The position numbers and the translations under genes were made by a program. Shown piece by piece: positions 9,439 through 19,458 of a DNA stretch of 40,684 nucleotides. The first letter of the stretch is position 1; each line of letters opens with the position of its first letter. The stretch comes from Rickettsiaceae bacterium (GTDB lineage Bacteria; Pseudomonadota; Alphaproteobacteria; Rickettsiales; Rickettsiaceae). The notes under the pieces were generated by a model. It was not told where the DNA came from. It ran no database searches and saw only the letters and a program-made list of their open reading frames with translations. The stretch spans positions 1 through 40,684 of the forward strand of contig JABSSF010000003.1 in the NCBI GenBank assembly GCA_013214485.1, given 5' to 3'.

Positions 9439-9580
9439 TTTTCATTTTTCTTGGACACTAGTGTGCTTTCGCAGGGATGACAATGTGGATATCTTCTAAT
9501 AACCTTCAGATTAGCAGTAACTAGTTCAATGGTAGCGGATAAACCGCCTTCAACCAACTTGTCATCATCAAATAGTTACT

Positions 9581-10498
9581 TCAAAGAATTATAAGGCTTA
9601 AGAAGATAATGAAGAGATATAATATAGAGAACCAGAATAGTTTTTTAGCCTTTGCTAAATTATCATCCTTAAATAAACAGATAACATAATATAAGAAAGC
9701 AGCATCAAAGATACTAGCTATAATTAAATAACCGTGACCCCCCATATTATATATATATGGCATGATTGAACTTATTAATAGTAAAATAGTATAAAATAAA
9801 ATTTGCTTTTTAGTATAGGTAAAACCTTTAACAGCTGGCATCATTGGTACATTACAACTTTGATAATCTTTAGTTTTAAATATTGCTAGCGCCCAAGAAT
9901 GTGGCGGAGTCCAGAGGAAAATTATCATAAATAAAATTATGGCTTCTATGGAAATCTCACCAGTTACAGCAACAACCCCAATCATTGGTGGCAGAGCTCC
10001 TGCAACGCCACCTATTACAACATTCTGGATCGAATTACGCTTTAACCACATCGTATAAATGAAAATATAATATAAGATAGTAAATAATAACAATCCTGCT
10101 GCAAGAAAACTAACACAAAGTGCCATCATTAATACAGACATTACGGTAAGAACAATGCCAAAAGATAATGCTTCATCAGCCGCTATTTTGACTTGAACTA
10201 TTGGTCTTTTGCGTGTTCTAGTCATAATAGCGTCAATATCACGATCATACCACATATTAAGCGCTGCTGCTGCTCCTGATCCAGTCGTTACGCACAAAAT
10301 AGTAGCAAATGCAATTACTGGAGAAATAGTGCCTGGAGCTAAAATTATCCCACAAATAGCTGTAAATACTACCAAAGACATTACCCGAGGTTTCATCAAT
10401 AAGAAATAATCCTTAACCGAAGATGAGTCCACACTATCTGTGCTAGATTGCTCTAAATTTACTTTACTGCTTTGAGTTAAAGTTACTGATTTTTGCAT
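9581..10498 (-). CDS. ctaB: Protoheme IX farnesyltransferase (heme O synthase)
   Basis: UbiA-family polytopic membrane protein with [19 protein letters not shown]. Immediately downstream of ctaD. Confidence 0.9.
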   Translation of the reverse strand: MQKSVTLTQSSKVNLEQSSTDSVDSSSVKDYFLLMKPRVMSLVVFTAICGIILAPGTISPVIAFATILCVTTGSGAAAALNMWYDRDIDAIMTRTRKRPIVQVKIAADEALSFGIVLTVMSVLMMALCVSFLAAGLLLFTILYYIFIYTMWLKRNSIQNVVIGGVAGALPPMIGVVAVTGEISIEAIILFMIIFLWTPPHSWALAIFKTKDYQSCNVPMMPAVKGFTYTKKQILFYTILLLISSIMPYIYNMGGHGYLIIASIFDAAFLYYVICLFKDDNLAKAKKLFWFSILYLFIIFLSLIIL

Positions 10499-10499
10499 C

Positions 10500-12089
<1,590 letters not shown>

Positions 12090-12102
12090 TTAGTTAATTT
12101 TA

Positions 12103-12930
12103 TTACTTATTATTATTTTCTGCTAATTTAATTTTTGACAAATTATAATAACTATTATTACTGGCAAATTTTTCTTTAGCTTGCTCAACCCAAGCGGCAA
12201 ATTCTTCTTTACTAACAACTTCAAGAGCAATTGGCATAAACCCATGGTTAACACCGCATATTTCAGAACATTGACCGTAATACACCCCCCTCTTGCTGAC
12301 TTTAGTCCAAGTTTCATTTATTTTTCCAGGTACTGCATCAGTTTTAATACCAAGGGCTGGAATAGCAAAACTATGGATTACATCTCCTGCAGTTATTAAA
12401 AATTTTACAGTAGTATTTTCTGGAATAACTATCCTATTATCTACTTCTAATAATCGAAGCTGTCCTGGCTTTAATTCATTATCTGGGATAATATTACTAT
12501 CGAAAGCAATGTTCTCATGATCTGGATATTCATAACCCCAATACCATTGATAGCCTACAACTTTAATAGTCATTTCTGCAGGCGGAATTTTTTCGGCAAA
12601 TTTTAAAATACGAAAAGAAGGAATTGCAATAATGATCAAAATAATAATTGGAATTACTGTCCAAATAACCTCAATAGTTATATTATGTGAAAATTTTGCT
12701 GGAACTGGGTTTCTTTTTGCTGAAAAGCGAAATATTACATACATCAATAAAAAGAAAACAAAAGCTACTATTGCTACACTAATAACCATTAAGAAATCAT
12801 GAAACCACACTAATTCTTCCATTATCTCGCTTGCCGCAGGTTGGAAATCCATTTGCCAATCTAAGGGATAAGCTGCCTTACAATTAGAGCCAATAAGTAG
12901 TAAAAATAATAGTATTAAAAATCTTATCAT
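12103..12930 (-). CDS. ctaC: Cytochrome c oxidase subunit II
   Basis: Two TM helices and the CuA site DVIHSFAIP...CSEICGVNHGFMP. Confidence 0.95.
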   Translation of the reverse strand: MIRFLILLFLLLIGSNCKAAYPLDWQMDFQPAASEIMEELVWFHDFLMVISVAIVAFVFFLLMYVIFRFSAKRNPVPAKFSHNITIEVIWTVIPIIILIIIAIPSFRILKFAEKIPPAEMTIKVVGYQWYWGYEYPDHENIAFDSNIIPDNELKPGQLRLLEVDNRIVIPENTTVKFLITAGDVIHSFAIPALGIKTDAVPGKINETWTKVSKRGVYYGQCSEICGVNHGFMPIALEVVSKEEFAAWVEQAKEKFASNNSYYNLSKIKLAENNNK

Positions 12931-13280
12931 TAGATATATATATTTATTTTATATTTAAAACTTATATCATAAAAAATATAAGGACTAATAAATATGATAC
13001 ACTTTTATCTACTTTTAAGCAAAATAAATCAAGTGAAATTTACTAAACCAACTATTTATTCTTAAATCTAAAGACCAGAATAATACAGTTTATACAAAAA
13101 TTCAGATTTGTATTAGCTCTAAGCATATTTATGGTATATATGTCGCTATTTTATACCATTTTACAATTAAGAATAATGGTTAAAGTTAAAATCCCTTGTT
13201 ATGCAGTTTAACAATTGTGTATATTAAATAAATATAGTATCATTGTTTAACTCAATTAAAGTAATTATAAGGAGATTTTT

Positions 13281-13760
13281 ATGTCCAGTATGTTCAAGAA
13301 AGTTTTAGTAATATTTTTTGCTATGACATTACTATCAGCTTGTGCTTCAAAAGAAGTAAAACAAGGTAAGTATGATGATCATTCAGCGCATATTGCACAA
13401 TTTGAAAGTAATGAAGGGGACAGAGTGTTCTTTGATTTTGATAGTGCAGCACTTACTGAAGCAACAAAAGACAAATTAACACAACAAGTAAGATGGTTAA
13501 ATATCCATAGGTTATTTAACAGCATTGTCATTGAAGGACATTGCGATGAAAGAGGAACAAGAGAGTACAATTTGGCGCTTGGAGCACGTAGAGCAGAAGC
13601 AATTAAAAGATACTTAATTGCAGAAGGTCTTGATGCTGACCGTATTGTAGAAACTGTGTCTTATGGTAAAGAAAGACCAGCTGTAATAGGTAATAATGAA
13701 GCGGCCTGGAGTAAAAATCGTAGAGGTGTAACTTCTATTAGAGGTATGACTTCTGAATAA
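13281..13760 (+). CDS. pal: Peptidoglycan-associated lipoprotein Pal (OmpA family)
   Basis: Lipobox LLSAC. OmpA-like motifs FDFDSAAL, IEGHCDERGTREYNLALGARRA, NRRGV. RBS aaggag lies 7 nt upstream. Confidence 0.9.
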   Translation: MSSMFKKVLVIFFAMTLLSACASKEVKQGKYDDHSAHIAQFESNEGDRVFFDFDSAALTEATKDKLTQQVRWLNIHRLFNSIVIEGHCDERGTREYNLALGARRAEAIKRYLIAEGLDADRIVETVSYGKERPAVIGNNEAAWSKNRRGVTSIRGMTSE

Positions 13761-13784
13761 AAAAGTATATCTTATACGATTTTT

Positions 13785-13816
13785 AAAAGCCGGTATGCCT
13801 CCTTGCCGGCTTTTTT
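13785..13816 (+). terminator. Rho-independent terminator after pal
   Basis: aaaagccgg (13785-13793) pairs with ccggctttt (13806-13814), followed by a T6 run. Confidence 0.6.
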
Positions 13817-14031
13817 AATGCCCTTTTTTTGAGTTTAATTTCAAAAAACCTTTTTCAAAACTTGTTTCTGGTAGTAAATTGGTAGGGGTTTTTAACACAC
13901 AGAACTGCAGTGTATTTAATATATGAGGATTCAAGTATTAGAACGACACAGCAAGACGCAGCAGAAATCCAGTTTCGAAAGAGGTCTAAAAAAGGGGTAT
14001 TGTTTTTAAAAGTAGAGCTGTAATATTTCTT

Positions 14032-14802
14032 ATGTTTGATCAAATTAAAATAAAAAATAATCATCAAAAAGCAAAGTCAAATATTGCTAAGGCAAAATTT
14101 TTTCAATTTATAAATGATGATATCATTGATCGCCTTGAGCCGGTAGACAAGAAATTTCATAAGGTCTTAATTATAAATCATAATCCAGAATTTATAGCAA
14201 ATATTATCAAAGAAAAACTACCTACTAAAGAAATTACTTATTGCCTGGATTATCAAAATTTAGATTATCAAACTAATTATTTTGATTTGATTATATTTCC
14301 TTTTGGCTTTCATTGGGTAGAGGATATACAAAAATTTTTAATTAATGTTGTTACTATTTTGCATAAAGAAGGGATATTTTTTGCTAATTTTCCTGGAGGA
14401 GGAAGTCTGCAACATTTACGTCGCATTCTAATAAACTTGGAAGCAGAAGCAAAAAGACCGCATTATGCTCATATTTCACCTTTTATTCAATTTAATGATA
14501 TAACTCCGTTATTACAGCAAGCAGGATTTCTTGAGCAGATAGTAGATATGGAAAAATTAGAGCTTGAATATGATAGTCCTTTAAAATTAATGCAGGCTAT
14601 TAAATCAGCAGGAGAAGCAAATGCTTTAGATAAGGCCTGTGCTTATTCAATTACACGTAAAATATATCAGGATTTACGTGAAATGACAGCAAATAAATTT
14701 ATAGATCATATTAACTTGATAACATTTCTTACTAGTAAAACTAAAAATGCAATCAAGTTAAAAGCTAATTATTTTAATCCCGAAAGTATTATAGTTAAAT
14801 AA
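14032..14802 (+). CDS. NDUFAF5-like methyltransferase-fold protein with a degenerate SAM-binding motif I
   Basis: FDLIIFPFGFHWVEDI, FPGGGSLQHLRRILINLEAEAKRPHYAHISPF, LLQQAGF and KSAGEANAL match my memory of the alphaproteobacterial/mitochondrial NDUFAF5 family. At the expected LDLGxGxG position the sequence reads VLIINHNPE. Confidence 0.55.
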   Translation: MFDQIKIKNNHQKAKSNIAKAKFFQFINDDIIDRLEPVDKKFHKVLIINHNPEFIANIIKEKLPTKEITYCLDYQNLDYQTNYFDLIIFPFGFHWVEDIQKFLINVVTILHKEGIFFANFPGGGSLQHLRRILINLEAEAKRPHYAHISPFIQFNDITPLLQQAGFLEQIVDMEKLELEYDSPLKLMQAIKSAGEANALDKACAYSITRKIYQDLREMTANKFIDHINLITFLTSKTKNAIKLKANYFNPESIIVK

Positions 14803-14811
14803 CTTGAAAAA
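14789..14811 (+). repeat. IS630-TIR-like / MITE-end motif overlapping the stop codon of the preceding gene
   Basis: tatagttaaataacttgaaaaag versus tatagtcaaataacttgaaatag at 25479-25501. The 3' partner end was not identified. Confidence 0.5.
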
Positions 14812-14905
14812 GGGAACGAACCGTTCATATATGGAATGCCATGATAAAATCAAGTAGAAAAACTGTCATTATTGTAAAGGTTACGTAATTCGTTGACAAG
14901 ATTGA

Positions 14906-15763
14906 TCAAACTTTTTTAGCGAAAATAATCACACCACCGAGTTTTTTCTGTTTTAACATTTCTAGAATATGGTGATAATGTTTATAAATAATGTCTAGTT
15001 CTTCTTTACTAAAGCTGACAGTTGTAATTAATTCTTGTTTAGTATACAAAGTATCTAGCAAATCCTCGCACCATTTAATATATTGATCAGAAACATCAAC
15101 TATTTCAATTACTTCCCAACCAATTACACGGAGTAATACTTTTAATTTCTGCATATTAAGTGGATACATTTCCTCACCAGCGACATTTTTAAAATCACCT
15201 TGTTTGAGATCAAGAGCCGTATAATCAAAAATAGCCAGCAAGCCATTTTCTTCTGTAACATTCTTTATCTTTTGTAATAATTCTACTTTATCTGGAATTT
15301 CACAAGCAACATTAAACATATATACGAAAGAAAAAAAATCTTCATCAAAAATATCTGGTATATCTAAAGCATTAGCCTTGATGAAATTTATTGATGGATA
15401 TTTGCCTTTAGCATAATTAATTGATTCTTCATCTAGATCAAGCCCCCAAATATTTCGAAAACCACTTTCTTTTAAATAATTTGTTGCTCCACCAAAGCCA
15501 CTACCAATATCTAGACTATTTCCTCTTTTTATTTCTGGTATAATATTTGCCGACTTACTAACTACCATATCCGTAGCCTCTATACCACCAAGATGACCAC
15601 AAGCACCTTCCCCTATTTTTTTGTATAATGTCTTAGTATCTAGATCTACTGTTGTCTTTACTTCTTCACTATCGCCCCCACCGCCTGCTGCATAGCTAGA
15701 TAAAACTCCATTACAAATTAATAGTAATGTAAATAATATTCTCGATATAATTTTTCTATACAT
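14906..15763 (-). CDS. Class I SAM-dependent methyltransferase with an N-terminal signal peptide or membrane anchor (phosphoethanolamine/phospholipid N-methyltransferase-like)
   Basis: Hydrophobic leader ILFTLLLICNGVLSSYAAGGGG. SAM motif I SLDIGSGFGGATNYL, motif post-I WGLDLDEESINYA, and LLAIFDY. The preceding GEGACGHLGGIEAT resembles the PEAMT-type pre-motif. Confidence 0.7.
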   Translation of the reverse strand: MYRKIISRILFTLLLICNGVLSSYAAGGGGDSEEVKTTVDLDTKTLYKKIGEGACGHLGGIEATDMVVSKSANIIPEIKRGNSLDIGSGFGGATNYLKESGFRNIWGLDLDEESINYAKGKYPSINFIKANALDIPDIFDEDFFSFVYMFNVACEIPDKVELLQKIKNVTEENGLLAIFDYTALDLKQGDFKNVAGEEMYPLNMQKLKVLLRVIGWEVIEIVDVSDQYIKWCEDLLDTLYTKQELITTVSFSKEELDIIYKHYHHILEMLKQKKLGGVIIFAKKV

Positions 15764-15950
15764 AAATCCTTACTTTTAAGTGCTAGTATAATTTATGGTA
15801 GCTTAATTTATTTATAGATTCAACTAATCACCTTCTTCCACCTTGCTATTAAAAAATTCAGTGCTAATTTTTACTCTTAAATATATTGCTATTTATTTAT
15901 AATATGATAATGTTTACTAACAGTTGCTTATAATAATAAGGAGAGTTCAT

Positions 15951-16238
15951 ATGAGTAAAACTGGAGCAAATACACCAAATATGATACGTAATGATGAAAA
16001 CACACTAAATATTATAGCTGTGAGAGACGCTGTGAAAGACACTACACAAGATAATGGTACTAACGAAATTATATCTACAGTACAACAGACAGAACCACAA
16101 AATATGTCTAATTATCTGGAATTTTTTTTACATATTCATGATGTTACTTATATTAAAAATTGTTTTGAATTTAATAATAATGGTATTAATTTCTTCATTA
16201 AAGGCCTTACTAAAGGTGATTTTGCTGAGTTATTATAG
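15951..16238 (+). CDS. Hypothetical protein (95 aa from the internal ATG)
   Basis: ATG at 15951 is preceded by aaggagag. No recognisable motif. Confidence 0.4.
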   Translation: MSKTGANTPNMIRNDENTLNIIAVRDAVKDTTQDNGTNEIISTVQQTEPQNMSNYLEFFLHIHDVTYIKNCFEFNNNGINFFIKGLTKGDFAELL

Positions 16239-16411
16239 CTGATCTAAAAACACCCCTAAATAGTAAACCACCTTTGCTAATTAGAAAAATACTTGATTTC
16301 AATTCAGAATAGCAGCAAACTCTTAAATGGTGTTGTTTATGATGTTTTGTTGACACGTCATATATGGACGCCAATGCTGTAAAAGTTAAGTAATTCATTG
16401 ACAGGATAAAG

Positions 16412-16452
16412 CCGTCATCACGAGTCACCTGTGGGTGACGTGGTGATCCAGA
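16412..16452. repeat. RPE-like palindromic repeat core
   Basis: See 9400-9438. Contains an internal hairpin gtcacc-tgtg-ggtgac. The flanking motif gtaattcattgacaggat (16392-16409) recurs as gtaattcgttgacaagat at 14886-14903. Confidence 0.65.
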
Positions 16453-16588
16453 TTTGTTTTATGACATATTTTTTCTGGATTGCTATACAAACTTCGTTTG
16501 TTCGCTAATAGCGCTCCTTAACAACAAATTATTTAACCTTTACAGCAATGACGGATTTACAAGTAATTAATTAAGTATTTTATCTAGA

Positions 16589-16864
16589 ATGGAACTAGCG
16601 ATAATTTTAAAAGCATTATTCTCCCTTGGTGTAGTATTTTTTGCACTTTATTTTATCTTAAAAATAGTCCAGAGATATACTAAACTTGGGACAAATCCTA
16701 AAGGCAAAAAAGGTAATAAAAACCTGGCCATTGAGAATCTAGTCTATATCGATGAAAATACTAAATTAGTAAATATTAGTAATAATAAACAGACTAATTA
16801 TATCATAGCTATTAGTAAAAATAATTTAGTATTGATTGATAAATATAAAACTAATCAGGAATAA
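16589..16864 (+). CDS. fliO: Flagellar biosynthesis protein FliO-like
   Basis: 91 aa with a single N-terminal TM, a basic linker and a conserved-looking C-terminal beta region (LAIENLVYIDENTKLVNIS...IIAISKNNLVLI). Ends 2 nt before fliP. Confidence 0.65.
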   Translation: MELAIILKALFSLGVVFFALYFILKIVQRYTKLGTNPKGKKGNKNLAIENLVYIDENTKLVNISNNKQTNYIIAISKNNLVLIDKYKTNQE

Positions 16865-16866
16865 TT

Positions 16867-17616
16867 ATGCGTAAAGAATCTATTATCTCACTAGTTGTTC
16901 TATTAATATTTATATTATTACCAACTCCAGCTTTTGCTGAAGAATCTTTTGCTGAAGAATTAGATAACCTGCTTAGTAGTGGATCGATGACTAGTCGTAT
17001 CATGCAGCTATTTATGCTAATTACGGTACTGTCCTTAGCTCCTGCAATTTTAATCATGACTACTTCCTTTGTTAGAATTGCGATAGTATTCTCTATTCTC
17101 CGTTCTGCACTGGGCTTGCAGCAAACTCCACCAAATCAAGTGTTAATAAGTCTTGCACTTTTTCTCACATTTTTTATAATGTCACCAACATTGGAGCAAG
17201 CTTATGATGAAGGTCTGCGTCCTATGCTTGAGGAAAGTATTACTGAAGAAGAGGCTATGCCTTTAATAGTTGATCCATTTAAAAAATTTATGGTTGGTAA
17301 TACAAGAACCAAAGACCTTGATTTATTTATATCAATTTCTAAGGTAAAACCACCAAAGGAATTATATAATTTACCACTAAATGTGGTAGTCCCTGCTTTT
17401 CTAATTAGTGAATTAAAAAGGGGATTTGAAATAGGCTTTTTGATATTTTTGCCGTTTCTAATTATTGATATAGTAGTTGCTTCAATACTTATGGCAATGG
17501 GTATGATGATGATGCCACCAGTAATGATTGCTTTGCCATTTAAAATAGTATTCTTTGTTTTAGCCGATGGTTGGTATTTGCTTGCTGGCAGTCTAGTACA
17601 AAGTTTTACGATGTAA
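16867..17616 (+). CDS. fliP: Flagellar export gate protein FliP
   Basis: Signal peptide, then LAPAILIMTTSFVRIAIVFSILRSALGLQQTPPNQVL and FLISELKRGFEIGFLIFLPFLIIDIVVASILMAMGMMMMPP. Confidence 0.95.
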   Translation: MRKESIISLVVLLIFILLPTPAFAEESFAEELDNLLSSGSMTSRIMQLFMLITVLSLAPAILIMTTSFVRIAIVFSILRSALGLQQTPPNQVLISLALFLTFFIMSPTLEQAYDEGLRPMLEESITEEEAMPLIVDPFKKFMVGNTRTKDLDLFISISKVKPPKELYNLPLNVVVPAFLISELKRGFEIGFLIFLPFLIIDIVVASILMAMGMMMMPPVMIALPFKIVFFVLADGWYLLAGSLVQSFTM

Positions 17617-17633
17617 TATATAGGAGATTAAAT

Positions 17634-17951
17634 ATGACTAATGAAATAACAGATGAAAATTTTAAAGAGCAAGTACTAAATTCCGAAAAACCAGTACTTG
17701 TTGATTTTTGGGCAGAATGGTGTGGCCCATGTCGGATGTTAACACCAATAATTGATGATATTGCAACAACTATGTCTGATAAAATAACTGTATATAAAAT
17801 GAATATTGATGAGCATCCTAAAGCTCCAACTAGTTTAGGTGTTCGTAGTATTCCGACTATGAAATTATTTAAAAATGGGGAGGTAGTTGATACTAAGGTT
17901 GGGGTGCAAAATAAAAATGCCCTTGAAGAATGGATTAACTCACTAATATGA
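17634..17951 (+). CDS. trxA: Thioredoxin
   Basis: WCGPC active site. Start placed at the internal ATG 17634, preceded by taggag. 105 aa. Confidence 0.95.
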   Translation: MTNEITDENFKEQVLNSEKPVLVDFWAEWCGPCRMLTPIIDDIATTMSDKITVYKMNIDEHPKAPTSLGVRSIPTMKLFKNGEVVDTKVGVQNKNALEEWINSLI

Positions 17952-18682
17952 ATAATCAAGCATCAATAAATATTGAAAATTGCATTGTTGATGGGATTGA
18001 TACTATTAAAAGAGCTGCAAGCTTAAAACAAATTTTTGTTAAACAGCAAAGTGGGTTTTCAACAAGAATACCAATCCTTCAAAATGTTAGTTTTTCTTGT
18101 AAAGCAGGAGAAAAAATTGCTTTTATTGGTAATAATGGCTCAGGTAAAAGCTCGTTGTTAAAAGTTATTGCTGGAATTTACCCACCATTATCTGGGAAGA
18201 TAAAAGTCAATGGTAAGGTTACAGCGATAATTGAAATGGGGTTAGGATTAGAACCAGAGCTTACTGGTCGACAAAATATCAAAATTCTAATGTTATATAA
18301 TAATATGTTAGATGCTTATAATAAAGAGTTAGAACAAAGTATTATTGATTTTTCAGAATTACAGGAAAAAATAGACTTACCAGTAAAAACTTACAGTTCT
18401 GGGATGTTATCACGCTTATCTTTTTCAGTCTCTTTATTTCAACAATCTGAAATTTTATTACTTGACGAAGTTTTTGCTGCAGGTGATCATAATTTTGTTG
18501 CAAAATCATTAAACTTTTTGAAAAATAAGATTAATTCTGTACCAATTACTATTTTAGTTAGCCATCAAGAAAATATTATTAAAGAAAATTGTAATCGTTG
18601 TGTTTTAATGAAAAATGGTCGGATAATCGCCGACGGTAAGACTGACGAAATCTTAGCAATTTATGAAACAGGTAACTATTAA
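17948..18682 (+). CDS. ABC transporter ATP-binding protein, polysaccharide/O-antigen export type (Wzt/TagH/RfbE-like)
   Basis: Walker A GNNGSGKSS, signature YSSGMLSRL, Walker B LLLDEV. ATGA overlap with trxA. Confidence 0.85.
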   Translation: MNNQASINIENCIVDGIDTIKRAASLKQIFVKQQSGFSTRIPILQNVSFSCKAGEKIAFIGNNGSGKSSLLKVIAGIYPPLSGKIKVNGKVTAIIEMGLGLEPELTGRQNIKILMLYNNMLDAYNKELEQSIIDFSELQEKIDLPVKTYSSGMLSRLSFSVSLFQQSEILLLDEVFAAGDHNFVAKSLNFLKNKINSVPITILVSHQENIIKENCNRCVLMKNGRIIADGKTDEILAIYETGNY

Positions 18683-19458
18683 TGTTTACATATTCATTTT
18701 TAAAAAAATATTGGCAATCAGTCACTTTAATGATGACAACATCAATTGCTAAATATAATAAAAATACTTTTCTAGGCTCTTTTTGGAGCTTACTACAACC
18801 ATTTACTCATTTAGCAGTAATTTCTTTCTTTTTTAGTTTTTTACTCAGACAACCAACAAACAGAATCGTTGAAAATCTTGTTGGTGGTTTGCCTTTTTGG
18901 ACATATATTTCATCTAGTTTATTTGAAACAGCAAACTCCTTAGTTAGTAGAGCTGGTATTTTAAAAAAAGTTGTTATTTCTAAAACATATTTTCCCGTAG
19001 CAGATAGTTTAGTACATGTTTATAATTTGGCCTATACCTTTGTTGCTATGTATTTAGTGTTAATATTATTTTATCCAGAAAAATTTAGTATATTAGTCAT
19101 TTTTGTTCCATTACTTACCATCCCTTTAATTATTTCAATTATTGCTGTTGGAATTGCTGCTGCTTTCCTAACTCCTTATATCAGAGACATCCCTAGCCTG
19201 ATTAATGTTTTACTTAGTGTGATTTATTGGACAATACCAATTATCTATCCTTATACTTTGATTCCAGAATCAAAACGTTTTTTCTTTGACTTTCATCCAC
19301 TTTATATCTTAATTAGACCAATGCAAACTTTGGTTATTACTGGACAATTACCAGATATAATCATGATCTTCAAATCATGTATAGTTTGTTTGCTCAGCGT
19401 CATAGTTAGCTTTCTTATTTATAAAAAGTTAACTAGAAATGTAATATATTATTTATAA
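18682..19458 (+). CDS. ABC-2 type transporter permease (Wzm/TagG/RfbA-like)
   Basis: Six predicted TM helices and an N-terminal FLGSFWSLLQP motif. TAATG overlap with the ATPase gene. Confidence 0.8.
   Translation: MFTYSFLKKYWQSVTLMMTTSIAKYNKNTFLGSFWSLLQPFTHLAVISFFFSFLLRQPTNRIVENLVGGLPFWTYISSSLFETANSLVSRAGILKKVVISKTYFPVADSLVHVYNLAYTFVAMYLVLILFYPEKFSILVIFVPLLTIPLIISIIAVGIAAAFLTPYIRDIPSLINVLLSVIYWTIPIIYPYTLIPESKRFFFDFHPLYILIRPMQTLVITGQLPDIIMIFKSCIVCLLSVIVSFLIYKKLTRNVIYYL

Noticed and set aside
13855-14067. Minus-strand 70-aa ORF in the pal / NDUFAF5-like spacer
   Set aside because: It spans a repeat-like intergenic region and overlaps the start of the plus-strand gene. It has no RBS and an implausible composition.
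16210-16428. Minus-strand 72-aa ORF
   Set aside because: Its start lies inside the RPE-like repeat core (16412-16452), so it is probably created by the repeat.
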